64,000 bases of DNA. It comes from Campylobacterota bacterium. Lineage in GTDB: Bacteria > Campylobacterota > Campylobacteria > Campylobacterales > Sulfurovaceae. Every line of letters begins with the position of its first letter. The stretch's first letter is position 1. Where the stretch lies: the NCBI GenBank assembly GCA_011048515.1, contig DSDW01000134.1, forward strand, positions 9,496 through 73,495, read 5' to 3'. Shown in pieces: positions 19,887-29,672 of the stretch. The notes below the pieces were generated by a model that made no database searches, was not told the DNA's origin, and saw nothing but the letters and a program-made list of their open reading frames with translations. Made by a program: the position numbers and the translations under genes.

Positions 19887-20138
19887 ATGATTAAACAGTT
19901 TATCGGATCGGCAGCGCTTTTGATGCTGGTGACGGGTATGGCGGTCGGACATTATCTCTCTGCGGACAAAAGATCGCACAGGGAGGCTTTTTCTGGCGTG
20001 GTGGCGGTGACAGGCATTGTTTCCCCTTCGCTCAGTACGGCATTTTACGAACCGGCGTTTCTGGGTGAGAAGGTAGAGCATCCCGCCTCTCCGCAGATGC
20101 AGTCACTCAACAGGATGGAGTTTGTTTATGCTGAGTAG
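19887..20138 (+). CDS. small hypothetical membrane protein
   Basis: Fills the gap between coupled genes; N-terminal hydrophobic helix; start 19887 or GTG 19869. Confidence 0.6.
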   Translation: MIKQFIGSAALLMLVTGMAVGHYLSADKRSHREAFSGVVAVTGIVSPSLSTAFYEPAFLGEKVEHPASPQMQSLNRMEFVYAE

Positions 20139-21309
20139 GTCTCCGTTTTTGTATTTTCTTACCCTCCTGCTTTTCAAGCAGAAGAGCAAACATCTGGGCA
20201 TTATGTCGATATCGGTTGTCATGATCGCTCTGGTAAGTGCGGTGCTGTTTATCTCCTCATCCCTGCAGAAGACGCTGCAGGATACGCTGGATGAGCAGGC
20301 GGATTTTACAGTCACAAGGATAGAAGCGGGAAGGCCCGTGAGCACACCGCTTGCATGGGTTGACAAGATCATTGAGATCGAGGGGGTATCAGAGGTGGCA
20401 CCCCGGATTCATGGCCGTTACTTTTATGCGCCGGGAGAGGAGTCGTTTCTGGTTGTTGGGATCGACTTTTTCGATGAGCAGGGGTCCAAAGCATTACAGT
20501 CTCTGCTAAAAGGTATCGATCTGAAGCAGTTCTTTGCCGAGGAGAGCATGATCGTGGGGGAGGGGGTCAAAGATTTTCTCCAGAAGCACTATTATAAAGA
20601 CACTTTTTCGTTCAAGACACCCCGGGGTGAGTTTAAAAAGGTGAAAATTGACGAAGTGCTGCCCGGATCGCTGAACCTGCTTGCCAACGATATGATCATT
20701 ATGCCTATCGGCCTGGCACGGGAGATTTTCGGGCTGAAAGAGGATGAGGTGACCGATATCACCTTCAATGTTCCCAATGATGCGGAGTGGGATAATGTCA
20801 TAGGAAAACTGCACCTTGTCGATTATGAGATAAGGGTAGTGGAGAAGAGAGAGGTTGAGAAGGCCTATGAGAACCTCTATAACTACAAGGGGGGCATTTT
20901 TCTGATCCTCTATATTATCGCTTTGCTTACCCTGATGCTGATCTTGTACCAGAGATATGCCATGGTCTACTCCCATGAACGAAAAGAGATAGGGATACTG
21001 AGGGCGGTCGGCTGGAGCATCAGGGATATCCTGAAGCTGAAATTCTATGAGACCCTGATCCTGGTGATAAGCAGTTTTGTGATCGGCACGGTAGCAGCAT
21101 ACGGGTATGTCTTTGTCCTCGGGGCGCCGGTCCTGATAGAGATATTCCTGGGCGGTGCCAACCTGGAAAACCAGGTACAGCTGATCCCCGAGGTCTCGTT
21201 CGGGACACTGGGGTCGCTCTTTTTACTCTATGCCGTACCGTTTTTTGCGGCGGTACTGATCCCTTCGTGGCGGGTCGCTGTGATACCACCCAAGGAGGCG
21301 ATGCGATGA
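20128..21309 (+). CDS. ABC transporter permease, FtsX/MacB/LolE type
   Basis: N-terminal TM, large periplasmic domain, ERKEIGILRAVGWS motif, 3 C-terminal TM. Confidence 0.9.
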   Translation: MLSRSPFLYFLTLLLFKQKSKHLGIMSISVVMIALVSAVLFISSSLQKTLQDTLDEQADFTVTRIEAGRPVSTPLAWVDKIIEIEGVSEVAPRIHGRYFYAPGEESFLVVGIDFFDEQGSKALQSLLKGIDLKQFFAEESMIVGEGVKDFLQKHYYKDTFSFKTPRGEFKKVKIDEVLPGSLNLLANDMIIMPIGLAREIFGLKEDEVTDITFNVPNDAEWDNVIGKLHLVDYEIRVVEKREVEKAYENLYNYKGGIFLILYIIALLTLMLILYQRYAMVYSHERKEIGILRAVGWSIRDILKLKFYETLILVISSFVIGTVAAYGYVFVLGAPVLIEIFLGGANLENQVQLIPEVSFGTLGSLFLLYAVPFFAAVLIPSWRVAVIPPKEAMR

Positions 21310-21983
21310 TCAGGATCGAAGATGTCGGCAAAAGATTCGGCGAGGGGGAAAATCTCTTTGAAGCCCTGAAGTCCATCACCCTTGAAGTAGAAGAGGGCGA
21401 GTGCGTGATACTCAGCGGTATCAGCGGAAGCGGAAAATCCACACTGCTCTCCCTGATCGCCGCACTCGACCGCCCGAGCAGCGGGAAGATCGTGGTGGAG
21501 GGAGAACTGGTCTCCAAGCTTCCTGACCTGCATGCCTCCGCTTACCGGGCAAAGACGATCGGGGTGATCTTTCAGCACTTTAATCTGATAGAGTCGTTAA
21601 GCGTGGAGGAGAATGTGATCGTCCCGCTGATCAACAGCGGTCTGGATATGCCGGCTATCCGCAAAATGGCAGAGCAGAGTATGCAGCGCGCATCGATCCT
21701 GCACAAAGCATCCCAGGATGTTGCTTCGCTCTCAGGCGGGGAGAAGCAGCGGTGCGCGATCGCAAGAGCGTTGGTCCATGACCCCAAAGTGATCCTCTGT
21801 GATGAGCCTACCGCCAATCTTGACCGGGAGAATTCGCTCAGGTTTATCGAAACCATTCAAAAACTGCATCAAGCAGGCAAAACCATTGTCGTTGCGACAC
21901 ATGATCCGCTCTTTGAAGCATTGCCTTTTGAGAGCCGTGTGATCCACATGGCGGACGGGATGATAGGAAAGCACGGTGAATGA
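21306..21983 (+). CDS. ABC transporter ATP-binding protein, LolD/MacB type
   Basis: GISGSGKST, LSGGEKQR, LCDEPTANLD, VATHD. Confidence 0.95.
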   Translation: MIRIEDVGKRFGEGENLFEALKSITLEVEEGECVILSGISGSGKSTLLSLIAALDRPSSGKIVVEGELVSKLPDLHASAYRAKTIGVIFQHFNLIESLSVEENVIVPLINSGLDMPAIRKMAEQSMQRASILHKASQDVASLSGGEKQRCAIARALVHDPKVILCDEPTANLDRENSLRFIETIQKLHQAGKTIVVATHDPLFEALPFESRVIHMADGMIGKHGE

Positions 21984-22941
21984 GATCCTTCTAAGCAGCG
22001 AGGTGATCGTCTATCTACTCTCCGAAGCAGTGCTCTATCTGCTGCTCTTCATCGCAGCGATCGCCACCCTGGGAATATTGAAAGGGTGGAATTTTGACCG
22101 CTTTACCAAGAGGCAGTTTGACCTGGAGAACCGCTCCTACCTAGTGATGAGCATCATCTTTTTTGTGCTGGGGCTCAAAATGCTTCTGCTTCCCTATTTC
22201 GCCTATACGATCGATGCACTCTCCCTTCTGGTCCCCGGGGCAATGTGTGCCGCGGGTGTGATCGATGCGAATGACTACGGTTCTCCGCTGCTGCTTTTGA
22301 AGATCATCATCCTTTTTCTGAGCGGCCTCTGGCTGGGGATCAACCGTTTGGATCTTGAGGAGAAGCACTATCCCTATATGAAGCTGAAGTCCTGGTTTTA
22401 TCTTCTGCTCTTTGTGCTTCTGAGCGTAGAGATGGTTCTGGATATCCTCTACTTCAGCCACATCGAAACCACCAATCCGGTCAGCTGCTGTTCGGTGATT
22501 TTCGGAGAGATCGGCGGAAACAGCCTCCCTTTCGGGCTGGATATCCCCAAGCTTTTGATCCTCTTCTATCTGCTCTACGCGCTTCTGGTGCTGATGCTGT
22601 TCACGGGGCATTATCTGGTACGTATCGCAGCAAGCCTCTTCTTTGCGATGATCGCCTACTACAGCGTGGTCTACTTTTTCGGTACCTATATCTATGAGCT
22701 TCCTACCCACAGGTGCCCCTTCTGTATGCTGCAGGCGGAGTATCATTATGTAGGATATCTGCTCTGGGGAGTGCTCTTCTCGGGTACCTTCCTGGCGATA
22801 GAGAGCGCCGTGATGGAAGGAATTTTTGGCAGAGATGCCTTGAAGCTCAAGAAAATTTCGATAGGATTGCTGACGTTGTTTGTGCTGTTGTGCAGCAGTT
22901 ATGTCGGCTTGTATTATCTCAAGAATGGAGTGCTTCTATGA
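21976..22941 (+). CDS. conserved hypothetical polytopic membrane protein with Cys motifs
   Basis: About 8 TM; PGAMCAAG, VSCCS, HRCPFC; translationally coupled to neighbours. Confidence 0.75.
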   Translation: MNEILLSSEVIVYLLSEAVLYLLLFIAAIATLGILKGWNFDRFTKRQFDLENRSYLVMSIIFFVLGLKMLLLPYFAYTIDALSLLVPGAMCAAGVIDANDYGSPLLLLKIIILFLSGLWLGINRLDLEEKHYPYMKLKSWFYLLLFVLLSVEMVLDILYFSHIETTNPVSCCSVIFGEIGGNSLPFGLDIPKLLILFYLLYALLVLMLFTGHYLVRIAASLFFAMIAYYSVVYFFGTYIYELPTHRCPFCMLQAEYHYVGYLLWGVLFSGTFLAIESAVMEGIFGRDALKLKKISIGLLTLFVLLCSSYVGLYYLKNGVLL

Positions 22942-23441
22942 AAAAGTTTTTGATCAATCTTCTTACGTTCGGGATCGTGATCGCGATTATTGTCATCCTG
23001 CTGCTTTCTTTGGGGACGGATCAGGGCGCGCGCTATGTCTACAAGGGGAACACTGCCTATGAGCCTGTGGTGATCCAGCCCAAAGAGTACCAGTGTTCGG
23101 AGTGCAGTATGGATATTGAAGAGATGGAGTACAGTGCTCAGATCATTACGCCCGAAGGGGATACCTACTTCTTTGATGACATCGGGTGTGTGGTGGATTG
23201 GCTGGAGGGACGCAAGATAGAAACCCAAAAGGTCATTACCAGAACACTCGATACAGGCAACTGGGTCGATGTGGATAAAGCCTGGTATACCCGTACAGCC
23301 TCTTCTCCTATGGGGTACGGGTTTGCGGCGTATGAGCACAAGAAGGAGGGGCTGATCCCCTATGAAGAGATGAAACTCCTGATGCTCCAGGGTAAACATC
23401 TCCATGACCCGTTCGTCAAGAAGTCACTGTCGGGGCAATAA
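22938..23441 (+). CDS. membrane-anchored NosL-like protein
   Basis: N-terminal TM; CSECSM, YFFDDIGC, SPMGYGFAAY. Confidence 0.75.
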   Translation: MKKFLINLLTFGIVIAIIVILLLSLGTDQGARYVYKGNTAYEPVVIQPKEYQCSECSMDIEEMEYSAQIITPEGDTYFFDDIGCVVDWLEGRKIETQKVITRTLDTGNWVDVDKAWYTRTASSPMGYGFAAYEHKKEGLIPYEEMKLLMLQGKHLHDPFVKKSLSGQ

Positions 23442-23581
23442 CAGTGTAACTTTTTGATAACATCGTGTGGATTTCGGAAGAGATGGGGGAGACAATTTCC
23501 CCGTTTGCTTCTTCCCCTAACTCCTTTTTATCATTTTTTAGCTATACTTTGAGGTATTTTAAACTTATAAGGAGCAATCAA

Positions 23582-23812
23582 ATGGCACTATTTGATGACG
23601 TAAAAGAAGTGGTTGTTGAGCAACTGAATGTAAGTCCGGACGAGGTAAAAGAAGATTCCAAATTCGTTGAAGACCTTGGTGCTGACAGCCTTGACGTGGT
23701 AGAACTTGTTATGGCACTTGAAGAGAAGTTTGATATTGAAATTCCAGATGATCAGGCTGAAGCGATCGCTACAGTTGCTGATGCGATCAAGTTCATCGAG
23801 AGTGCACAGTAA
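23582..23812 (+). CDS. acpP: acyl carrier protein
   Basis: [20 protein letters not shown]; start ATG 23582 with AAGGAG. Confidence 0.97.
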   Translation: MALFDDVKEVVVEQLNVSPDEVKEDSKFVEDLGADSLDVVELVMALEEKFDIEIPDDQAEAIATVADAIKFIESAQ

Positions 23813-23905
23813 GTCGTCCTTTCACCCCGGTTATGGGGTGAGTCTAGGATAGATCTTAGCATTTTCTGAAATGTTAATATATATCTTATTTGTACAGGAG
23901 AGATA

Positions 23906-25123
23906 GTGAGAAGAGTAGTAGTGACAGGTTTGGGGATGATCAACTCTCTGGGACTTGAAAAAGAGAGCGCATTTGCTGCAATAGTGGAGGGTAAATGTGG
24001 TATCAAGAATATCACATCGTTTGATACGGAGGGTCACTCAGTGAAAATTGCAGGAGAGATCACGGATTTTGATCCCTCTACTGTTTTGGATGCCAAAGAG
24101 CAAAAAAAGGCCGACAGATTTATCCAGCTCGGGATGAAAGCCGCGCAGGAAGCGATGGAAGATGCCAAGATCCCTGAGGGTACAGAGATGGAAAGATTCG
24201 GTATCGTGTCTGCGTCTGGTATCGGCGGTTTGCCGAATATCGAGAAGAACTCTGTGATCTGCGAAACCAAAGGATCGAGAAGAATCTCTCCGTTCTTCAT
24301 CCCTTCTTCTTTGGTGAATATGCTTGGCGGATTTATCTCTATCTATCAGGGGCTGAAAGGGCCTAACCTCTCGGCAGTTACGGCTTGCGCAGCAGGAACG
24401 CATGCGATCAACGAGGCTGCAAAATGCATTATGGTAGGAACGGCAGATAAAATGTTGGTCGTCGGTGCGGAAGCAGCGATCTGTCCTGTAGGTATCGGTG
24501 GATTTGCTGCAATGAAAGCACTCTCTACACGCAATGACGATCCTCAGCGTGCATCCAGACCATTTGATGCGGAGCGTGACGGGTTCATTATGGGCGAGGG
24601 AGCAGGTGCACTGGTTCTTGAGAGTTATGAGGATGCAGTAGCGCGCGGCGCGACGATCTATGCAGAGCTTATAGGATTTGGCGAGAGCGGGGATGCCAGC
24701 CACATCACTGCACCATCCATGGACGGCCCGCTCAGGGCAATGCAAATGGCATACAAAATGGCAGGAGAACCGAAAATTGATTATGTCAATGCACACGGTA
24801 CATCGACACCGGCCAATGACAAGAATGAAACTGCTGCGCTCAAAGAACTCTTCGGCGGCAAAGAGAACTGTCCTCCGGTAAGTTCCATCAAAGGACAGAT
24901 CGGTCACTGTCTCGGTGCTGCAGGTGCGATAGAAGCGGTAACCTGTCTTATGGCAATGAGAGAAGGCGTACTTCCTCCGACGATCAACTATACGACCCCG
25001 GACGAGAACTGTGACCTTGACTATGTGCCAAATGAGGCAAGAAAAGCTGACCTGAACATCGTAATGAGTAACTCATTCGGTTTTGGCGGGACAAACGGCG
25101 TAGTGATCTTTAAAAAAGTATAA
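23906..25123 (+). CDS. fabF: beta-ketoacyl-ACP synthase II
   Basis: RRVVVTGLG, TACAAG, NAHGTST, KGQIGHCLGAAG, SNSFGFGG. Confidence 0.97.
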   Translation: MRRVVVTGLGMINSLGLEKESAFAAIVEGKCGIKNITSFDTEGHSVKIAGEITDFDPSTVLDAKEQKKADRFIQLGMKAAQEAMEDAKIPEGTEMERFGIVSASGIGGLPNIEKNSVICETKGSRRISPFFIPSSLVNMLGGFISIYQGLKGPNLSAVTACAAGTHAINEAAKCIMVGTADKMLVVGAEAAICPVGIGGFAAMKALSTRNDDPQRASRPFDAERDGFIMGEGAGALVLESYEDAVARGATIYAELIGFGESGDASHITAPSMDGPLRAMQMAYKMAGEPKIDYVNAHGTSTPANDKNETAALKELFGGKENCPPVSSIKGQIGHCLGAAGAIEAVTCLMAMREGVLPPTINYTTPDENCDLDYVPNEARKADLNIVMSNSFGFGGTNGVVIFKKV

Positions 25124-25132
25124 GGGAATAAG

Positions 25133-26068
25133 ATGGCTACATACTTAGAGTTTGAGAAGAAGATCGAGCAGATACAGGAAGATATTGTTTCTGCCCATGC
25201 CATCGCCAATATGGAGGCAGTATCAAGACTGCAACAAGATCTGCAAAAAGAGGTGAATAAGACATTCGGTTCGCTCTCAGACTTCCAAAAGCTTCAGCTC
25301 GCACGCCATCCTGACAGACCTTATGCGCTTGACTATATCAAAGCGATCATGCATGATGAGTATGAGATCCACGGAGATCGTGCCTTCCGTGATGACCCTG
25401 CGATTTTGTGCTACATCGGTTGGATCGGTGACCAAAAGGCGATGGTAATCGGTGAGCAAAAAGGGCGTGGCCAGAAAAACAAGATCAAAAGAAATTTCGG
25501 TATGCCAAACCCGGAGGGGTACAGAAAAGCGCTGCGCGCTGTAAGGCTTGCAGAGAAGTTTGACATCCCTGTGCTGATGCTGATCGACACTCCGGGTGCA
25601 TACCCCGGCCTGGGAGCAGAAGAGCGCGGGCAGAGTGAAGCGATTGCTAAGAACCTTTTTGAATTTGCCGCGGTCAAAGTACCGATGATATCGATCGTGA
25701 TCGGTGAAGGCGGTTCTGGAGGTGCCCTGGCTATCGGTGTGGCTGACAAGCTTGCCATGATGCGTTATTCTGTCTTCTCAGTCATCTCCCCTGAAGGGTG
25801 TTCTGCGATCCTATGGAACGATCCAAGCAAAGTAGAAACTGCAACGAAAGCACTGAAGATCACGCCCAATGATCTTTATGAGCATAAGCTTGTAGATGAT
25901 ATTCTCGAAGAGCCGCTTATAGGGGCACACCGTGACAAAGATACTGCGGCAACTGTGATCAAAAACTACTTCCTGGAGAGTGTAAGCGCGTTGAGGGAAC
26001 TCAGCGAGGATGAACTTCTGGAGCAGCGTTATCAAAAATTGACTGCCGTAGGCGCATTCTCTGAGTAG
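25133..26068 (+). CDS. accA: acetyl-CoA carboxylase carboxyltransferase alpha subunit
   Basis: [39 protein letters not shown]. Confidence 0.97.
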   Translation: MATYLEFEKKIEQIQEDIVSAHAIANMEAVSRLQQDLQKEVNKTFGSLSDFQKLQLARHPDRPYALDYIKAIMHDEYEIHGDRAFRDDPAILCYIGWIGDQKAMVIGEQKGRGQKNKIKRNFGMPNPEGYRKALRAVRLAEKFDIPVLMLIDTPGAYPGLGAEERGQSEAIAKNLFEFAAVKVPMISIVIGEGGSGGALAIGVADKLAMMRYSVFSVISPEGCSAILWNDPSKVETATKALKITPNDLYEHKLVDDILEEPLIGAHRDKDTAATVIKNYFLESVSALRELSEDELLEQRYQKLTAVGAFSE

Positions 26069-26095
26069 AAGCGGATCTTCACCCCTCCAGCACTG

Positions 26096-26713
26096 ATGAT
26101 ACACGAAATAGCACAAGCCATTGTCTCCTATATCGGAACGCTTGGTTATACAGGTATCTTTTTGCTGATGTTTTTAGAGAGCACTTTTTTCCCTTTCCCC
26201 AGTGAAATTGTGATGATCCCTGCCGGATATCTTGCTTATAGGGGCGAAATGAGTCTTTACGGTGTCATTCTGGCGGGTATCTTTGGCTCTGTTGCAGGTG
26301 CACTCTTTAACTATTATCTGGCGATCTATGTGGGACGTGCATTTATCCTGCGCTATGGAAAATACTTTTTTATCAAAGAGAAAACCATGGATAAGCTGGA
26401 GGTGTTTTTTAAGACACACGGGGAGCTCTCTACCTTTAACGGCAGGCTGGTCCCAGGAATTCGTCAGTTGATCTCCCTGCCTGCAGGGTTGGCGAGGATG
26501 CATGTAGGGAAGTTCGCCCTATACACAGCGCTTGGTGCAGGTATCTGGGTGATCGTGCTGGTGGCACTGGGATATCTGCTTGGTTCCAAGGAGGAGCTTA
26601 TCTCCGAGTATCTTCGTACTGCGACACTGATCGCACTGCTATGTGTGGCAATGATCACGCTTTTTTATATTGTACGGCATAAAAGACGCCACAAAATCCT
26701 TGATGAGGATTAG
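26096..26713 (+). CDS. DedA family membrane protein
   Basis: FLESTFFPFPSEIVM, RLVPGIRQLISLPAG. Confidence 0.9.
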   Translation: MIHEIAQAIVSYIGTLGYTGIFLLMFLESTFFPFPSEIVMIPAGYLAYRGEMSLYGVILAGIFGSVAGALFNYYLAIYVGRAFILRYGKYFFIKEKTMDKLEVFFKTHGELSTFNGRLVPGIRQLISLPAGLARMHVGKFALYTALGAGIWVIVLVALGYLLGSKEELISEYLRTATLIALLCVAMITLFYIVRHKRRHKILDED

Positions 26714-28071
26714 TGTAGTCTCCAGGAAATATATTTTTTCTTTTTGATCTTTACGTTTTTCAGTGCATTGCGTACTTTTTCAATCACATTACGGTGCAGC
26801 GTGATATAGGCATTATTATCTGTGATATCGATCTTGCCGATATCTACCGCATCGATACCTATCTCTTTGCAGAGTGTTCCCAGTATATCGCCTTTTCTCA
26901 GCTTGGTTTTTTTCCCTCCGTTGAGACAGAGCGTATCGAACTCTGATACCATTGTGTAGCCATGATCATTTCGTAACGCCCCCAGTTCACCCTTGCGTGC
27001 ACTTGAAGTGATATATTCGCACTTTGAACGCTCTTGCGGCGTATAGAGTGAGAGTGCCATGCCCGAAGCATCAGCACGTCCTGTACGTCCGATACGATGG
27101 GTGTAAACCTCTTTTTCAAAAGGGAGGTCATAGTTGATCACCAGTTCTATCTCTTTGATATCCAGACCTCTTGAGGCGACATCAGTAGCAACGAGTATGC
27201 GCTTGGAGCCGTTTGAAAAAGCTATAAGGGATTCATTGCGCGCCCTTTGATCCAGATCTCCCTGCAGATCGATAACAGAGTGGCCAAGCGTATGCAGTCT
27301 GTCAGCAAGCGCAACAGCATCTGCTTTGGTGTTGCAAAAAATGAGCAGGGAAGCCGGTTTGAAAGTATTGATCAGCGTGATGAGTGTCTGAAACTTATCG
27401 GAGGTTTCGTAAGCCACTTCATCGATTTTGCCAACCTCTTGCAGTGTATCCACTTTGATGGATATTGGGTCAATGAGCAGCTTTTTGCTTAGATCTTCTA
27501 TCTTGGAGGGAAAGGTCGCAGAGAAAAGCAGTGTTTGTCTTGGTACAGAGATATTGGAAGCAATACCCACGATTTCATCATAGAATCCCATATCAAGCAT
27601 TTTATCGGCCTCATCAAGTATCAGGCACTTGATGCTATTGAGCTCGAGTGTATTTTTGCCCAGGTGGTCTTTTATCCTGCCGGGTGTACCTATGAGTATA
27701 TGCGCCCCTTTTGCCAGCGAGTCGGCCTGTGCACGAAGAGGTACACCGCCATAAAGCGTGAGGACCTTTAGATTGGCTTTGCAGGCAGCCAGCTTTCTCA
27801 GTTCAGTCGCTACCTGTTCAGCAAGTTCACGGGTAGGAGTGATGATAAGTGTTTGCGGTCTGTTATGGGCAGTATCTGTGCGGATCACCGCAGGCAGACC
27901 AAATGCGACTGTTTTGCCTGAACCTGTTTTGGATTGTGCCAAGACATCTCTGCCTTCCAATATCGCAGGAATACTCTCTTCCTGTATCTTTGTCATCTGC
28001 GTATAGTTGAGATTGTCAAGTATATTGAGCAGTGAAACCGGTATCCCGTTGATGGTATTAAAATGTGCCAT
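26710..28071 (-). CDS. dbpA: DEAD-box RNA helicase DbpA
   Basis: TGSGKT, PTRELA, DEAD, SAT, HRIGRTGR, C-terminal GGKKTKLRKGDILG RNA-binding domain. Confidence 0.92.
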   Translation of the reverse strand: MAHFNTINGIPVSLLNILDNLNYTQMTKIQEESIPAILEGRDVLAQSKTGSGKTVAFGLPAVIRTDTAHNRPQTLIITPTRELAEQVATELRKLAACKANLKVLTLYGGVPLRAQADSLAKGAHILIGTPGRIKDHLGKNTLELNSIKCLILDEADKMLDMGFYDEIVGIASNISVPRQTLLFSATFPSKIEDLSKKLLIDPISIKVDTLQEVGKIDEVAYETSDKFQTLITLINTFKPASLLIFCNTKADAVALADRLHTLGHSVIDLQGDLDQRARNESLIAFSNGSKRILVATDVASRGLDIKEIELVINYDLPFEKEVYTHRIGRTGRADASGMALSLYTPQERSKCEYITSSARKGELGALRNDHGYTMVSEFDTLCLNGGKKTKLRKGDILGTLCKEIGIDAVDIGKIDITDNNAYITLHRNVIEKVRNALKNVKIKKKKYISWRLH

Positions 28072-28124
28072 AGTGTTCTTTGTAAAGATAGTGTTAAAAG
28101 TTTATAGTGTTAGAGGATGTATCA

Positions 28125-28145
28125 AACGGGCTGTGAAAGCCCGTT
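28125..28145 (-). terminator. probable intrinsic terminator after the YdcH-like gene
   Basis: AACGGGCT/AGCCCGTT stem with 5-nt loop. Confidence 0.55.
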
Positions 28146-28157
28146 GGGTTAAAAGAA

Positions 28158-28394
28158 TTACGCGTTTTCTTGTTGTTCTTTTCTGTACTTGAGGATCATC
28201 ATGAGTGCTTCATCTTTCAAAAGAAGCTTCTCTTTTTTCATCTTTTCAAGCTCTGCATCAGTCAGATGAAGTCTTCCCTCATCCGCGTCTGTTGTCTGTT
28301 GGTCAAGCTCATTGTGCTTCTCAAAGATTTTTGCAAAGTGTGCATTCTCTTGCTTGAGGATACTGATTTCATCTCTGTATTCGTGTAGCATCAT
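28158..28394 (-). CDS. YdcH/DUF465 family protein
   Basis: HFAKIFEKHNELD...LEKMKKEKLLLKDE. Confidence 0.85.
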   Translation of the reverse strand: MMLHEYRDEISILKQENAHFAKIFEKHNELDQQTTDADEGRLHLTDAELEKMKKEKLLLKDEALMMILKYRKEQQENA

Positions 28395-28426
28395 CTACTC
28401 CTGCTTATTTTTTGTAATTATAGCTA

Positions 28427-29617
28427 TTATGTTCTATACTCTGCATTAATTTTGACATACTCATAGCTCAAATCACATCCGTAAGAGGTATAGCTACCCT
28501 CTCCCATCCCGATATCGCAGGTCACTTTGAAGCTGGCCTGTTTCATGATCTCATAGGCTCTCTTCTCACGCTCTTTATCGAGTTCTCTGTGCGCAGCATC
28601 ATAGATAAGAAGGTCATCATAGTGAATCACGAGTTTTTCATCATCGCACGCGATACCCGAGGCACCGATCGTCGAAGCGATGCGCCCCCAGTTCGGATCC
28701 TCGCCGAAGAGGGCGGTCTTGACAAGCAGCGAGTTTGAGAGTGCGACACTTGCAGTGCGTGCCTCTTCTTCCGTTCTTGCCCCTGTGACCTCAAAGGTGA
28801 CCAGTTTGTTGGCCCCTTCACCGTCTTTGAGGATCATCATGGCAAGCTCGAACATGATCTTCTCCAGCGCCTCTTTGAAGGCCTCTTTATGGTAGTTTCC
28901 TGAAGTTTTGTTCGCAAGCAGCAGGACGGTGTCGTTTGTGGAGGTGTCTCCATCTACCGAGATACGGTTGAATGATCGCTCGGTGCTCCCTGCAAGCAAA
29001 GCATCCATATCCTCTTGTGGAACGGCTGCATCTGTTGCGATAAAGCAGAGCATTGTAGCCATTGCGGGATTGATCATCCCCGCACCCTTGCAGATCGCAG
29101 CGATATGGAAATTCTCTCCGTTTTCCAGTTCGACTCTGTAGGCCAGTTCTTTTTTGAAACTGTCCGTGGTCATGATCGCTCGGGCAGCTTGATCGGAGTC
29201 CTTGCTGCTGAAGTCAAGCGTATCGAAGGCGGAAGCGATCTTCTCCAGAGGCAGACGGTAGCCGATCACACCGGTTGAGGCCATTACGGGATTGAGGACA
29301 TCGATCTTTGCCGAGAGTTTTGAGATCAGGGTATCGATATCCTCGACGCCTTTCTCTCCGGTCATCGCATTGGCATTTTTTGCATTGATCAGGACGAAAT
29401 CAGTCTGAAAGTTTTCAGGATATTTTTTAAAATGTCTGATCGGTGCCGCCTGGAACTTGTTTTGCGTAAAGACCGCACTCACATCGCAGGGAACCTCCGA
29501 ACGGATAAAGGCGACATCGCCATCATCAGAATTGGTCCGCATCCCGACGTTGGTTGCTCCGCAGTAAAATCCCTGAACATTTTCCAGTCCTTTTTCTAAA
29601 GGTGTGATTGTATACAT
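28427..29617 (-). CDS. argJ: bifunctional glutamate N-acetyltransferase
   Basis: INAKNANA, STGVIG, KGAGMINPAMAT, DGDTSTND, DGEGA, DPNWGR; start ATG 29617 with GGAG. Confidence 0.96.
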   Translation of the reverse strand: MYTITPLEKGLENVQGFYCGATNVGMRTNSDDGDVAFIRSEVPCDVSAVFTQNKFQAAPIRHFKKYPENFQTDFVLINAKNANAMTGEKGVEDIDTLISKLSAKIDVLNPVMASTGVIGYRLPLEKIASAFDTLDFSSKDSDQAARAIMTTDSFKKELAYRVELENGENFHIAAICKGAGMINPAMATMLCFIATDAAVPQEDMDALLAGSTERSFNRISVDGDTSTNDTVLLLANKTSGNYHKEAFKEALEKIMFELAMMILKDGEGANKLVTFEVTGARTEEEARTASVALSNSLLVKTALFGEDPNWGRIASTIGASGIACDDEKLVIHYDDLLIYDAAHRELDKEREKRAYEIMKQASFKVTCDIGMGEGSYTSYGCDLSYEYVKINAEYRT

Positions 29618-29672
29618 TGTTGATTCTCCATTTGATTCATAGATTGAATGATTGAGCGAGAGCAGATGCACA

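Noticed and set aside
16412-23441. Nitrous oxide reductase (nos) operon
   Set aside because: No nosZ, nosD or nosR here; only NosL-like and OprC-like components.
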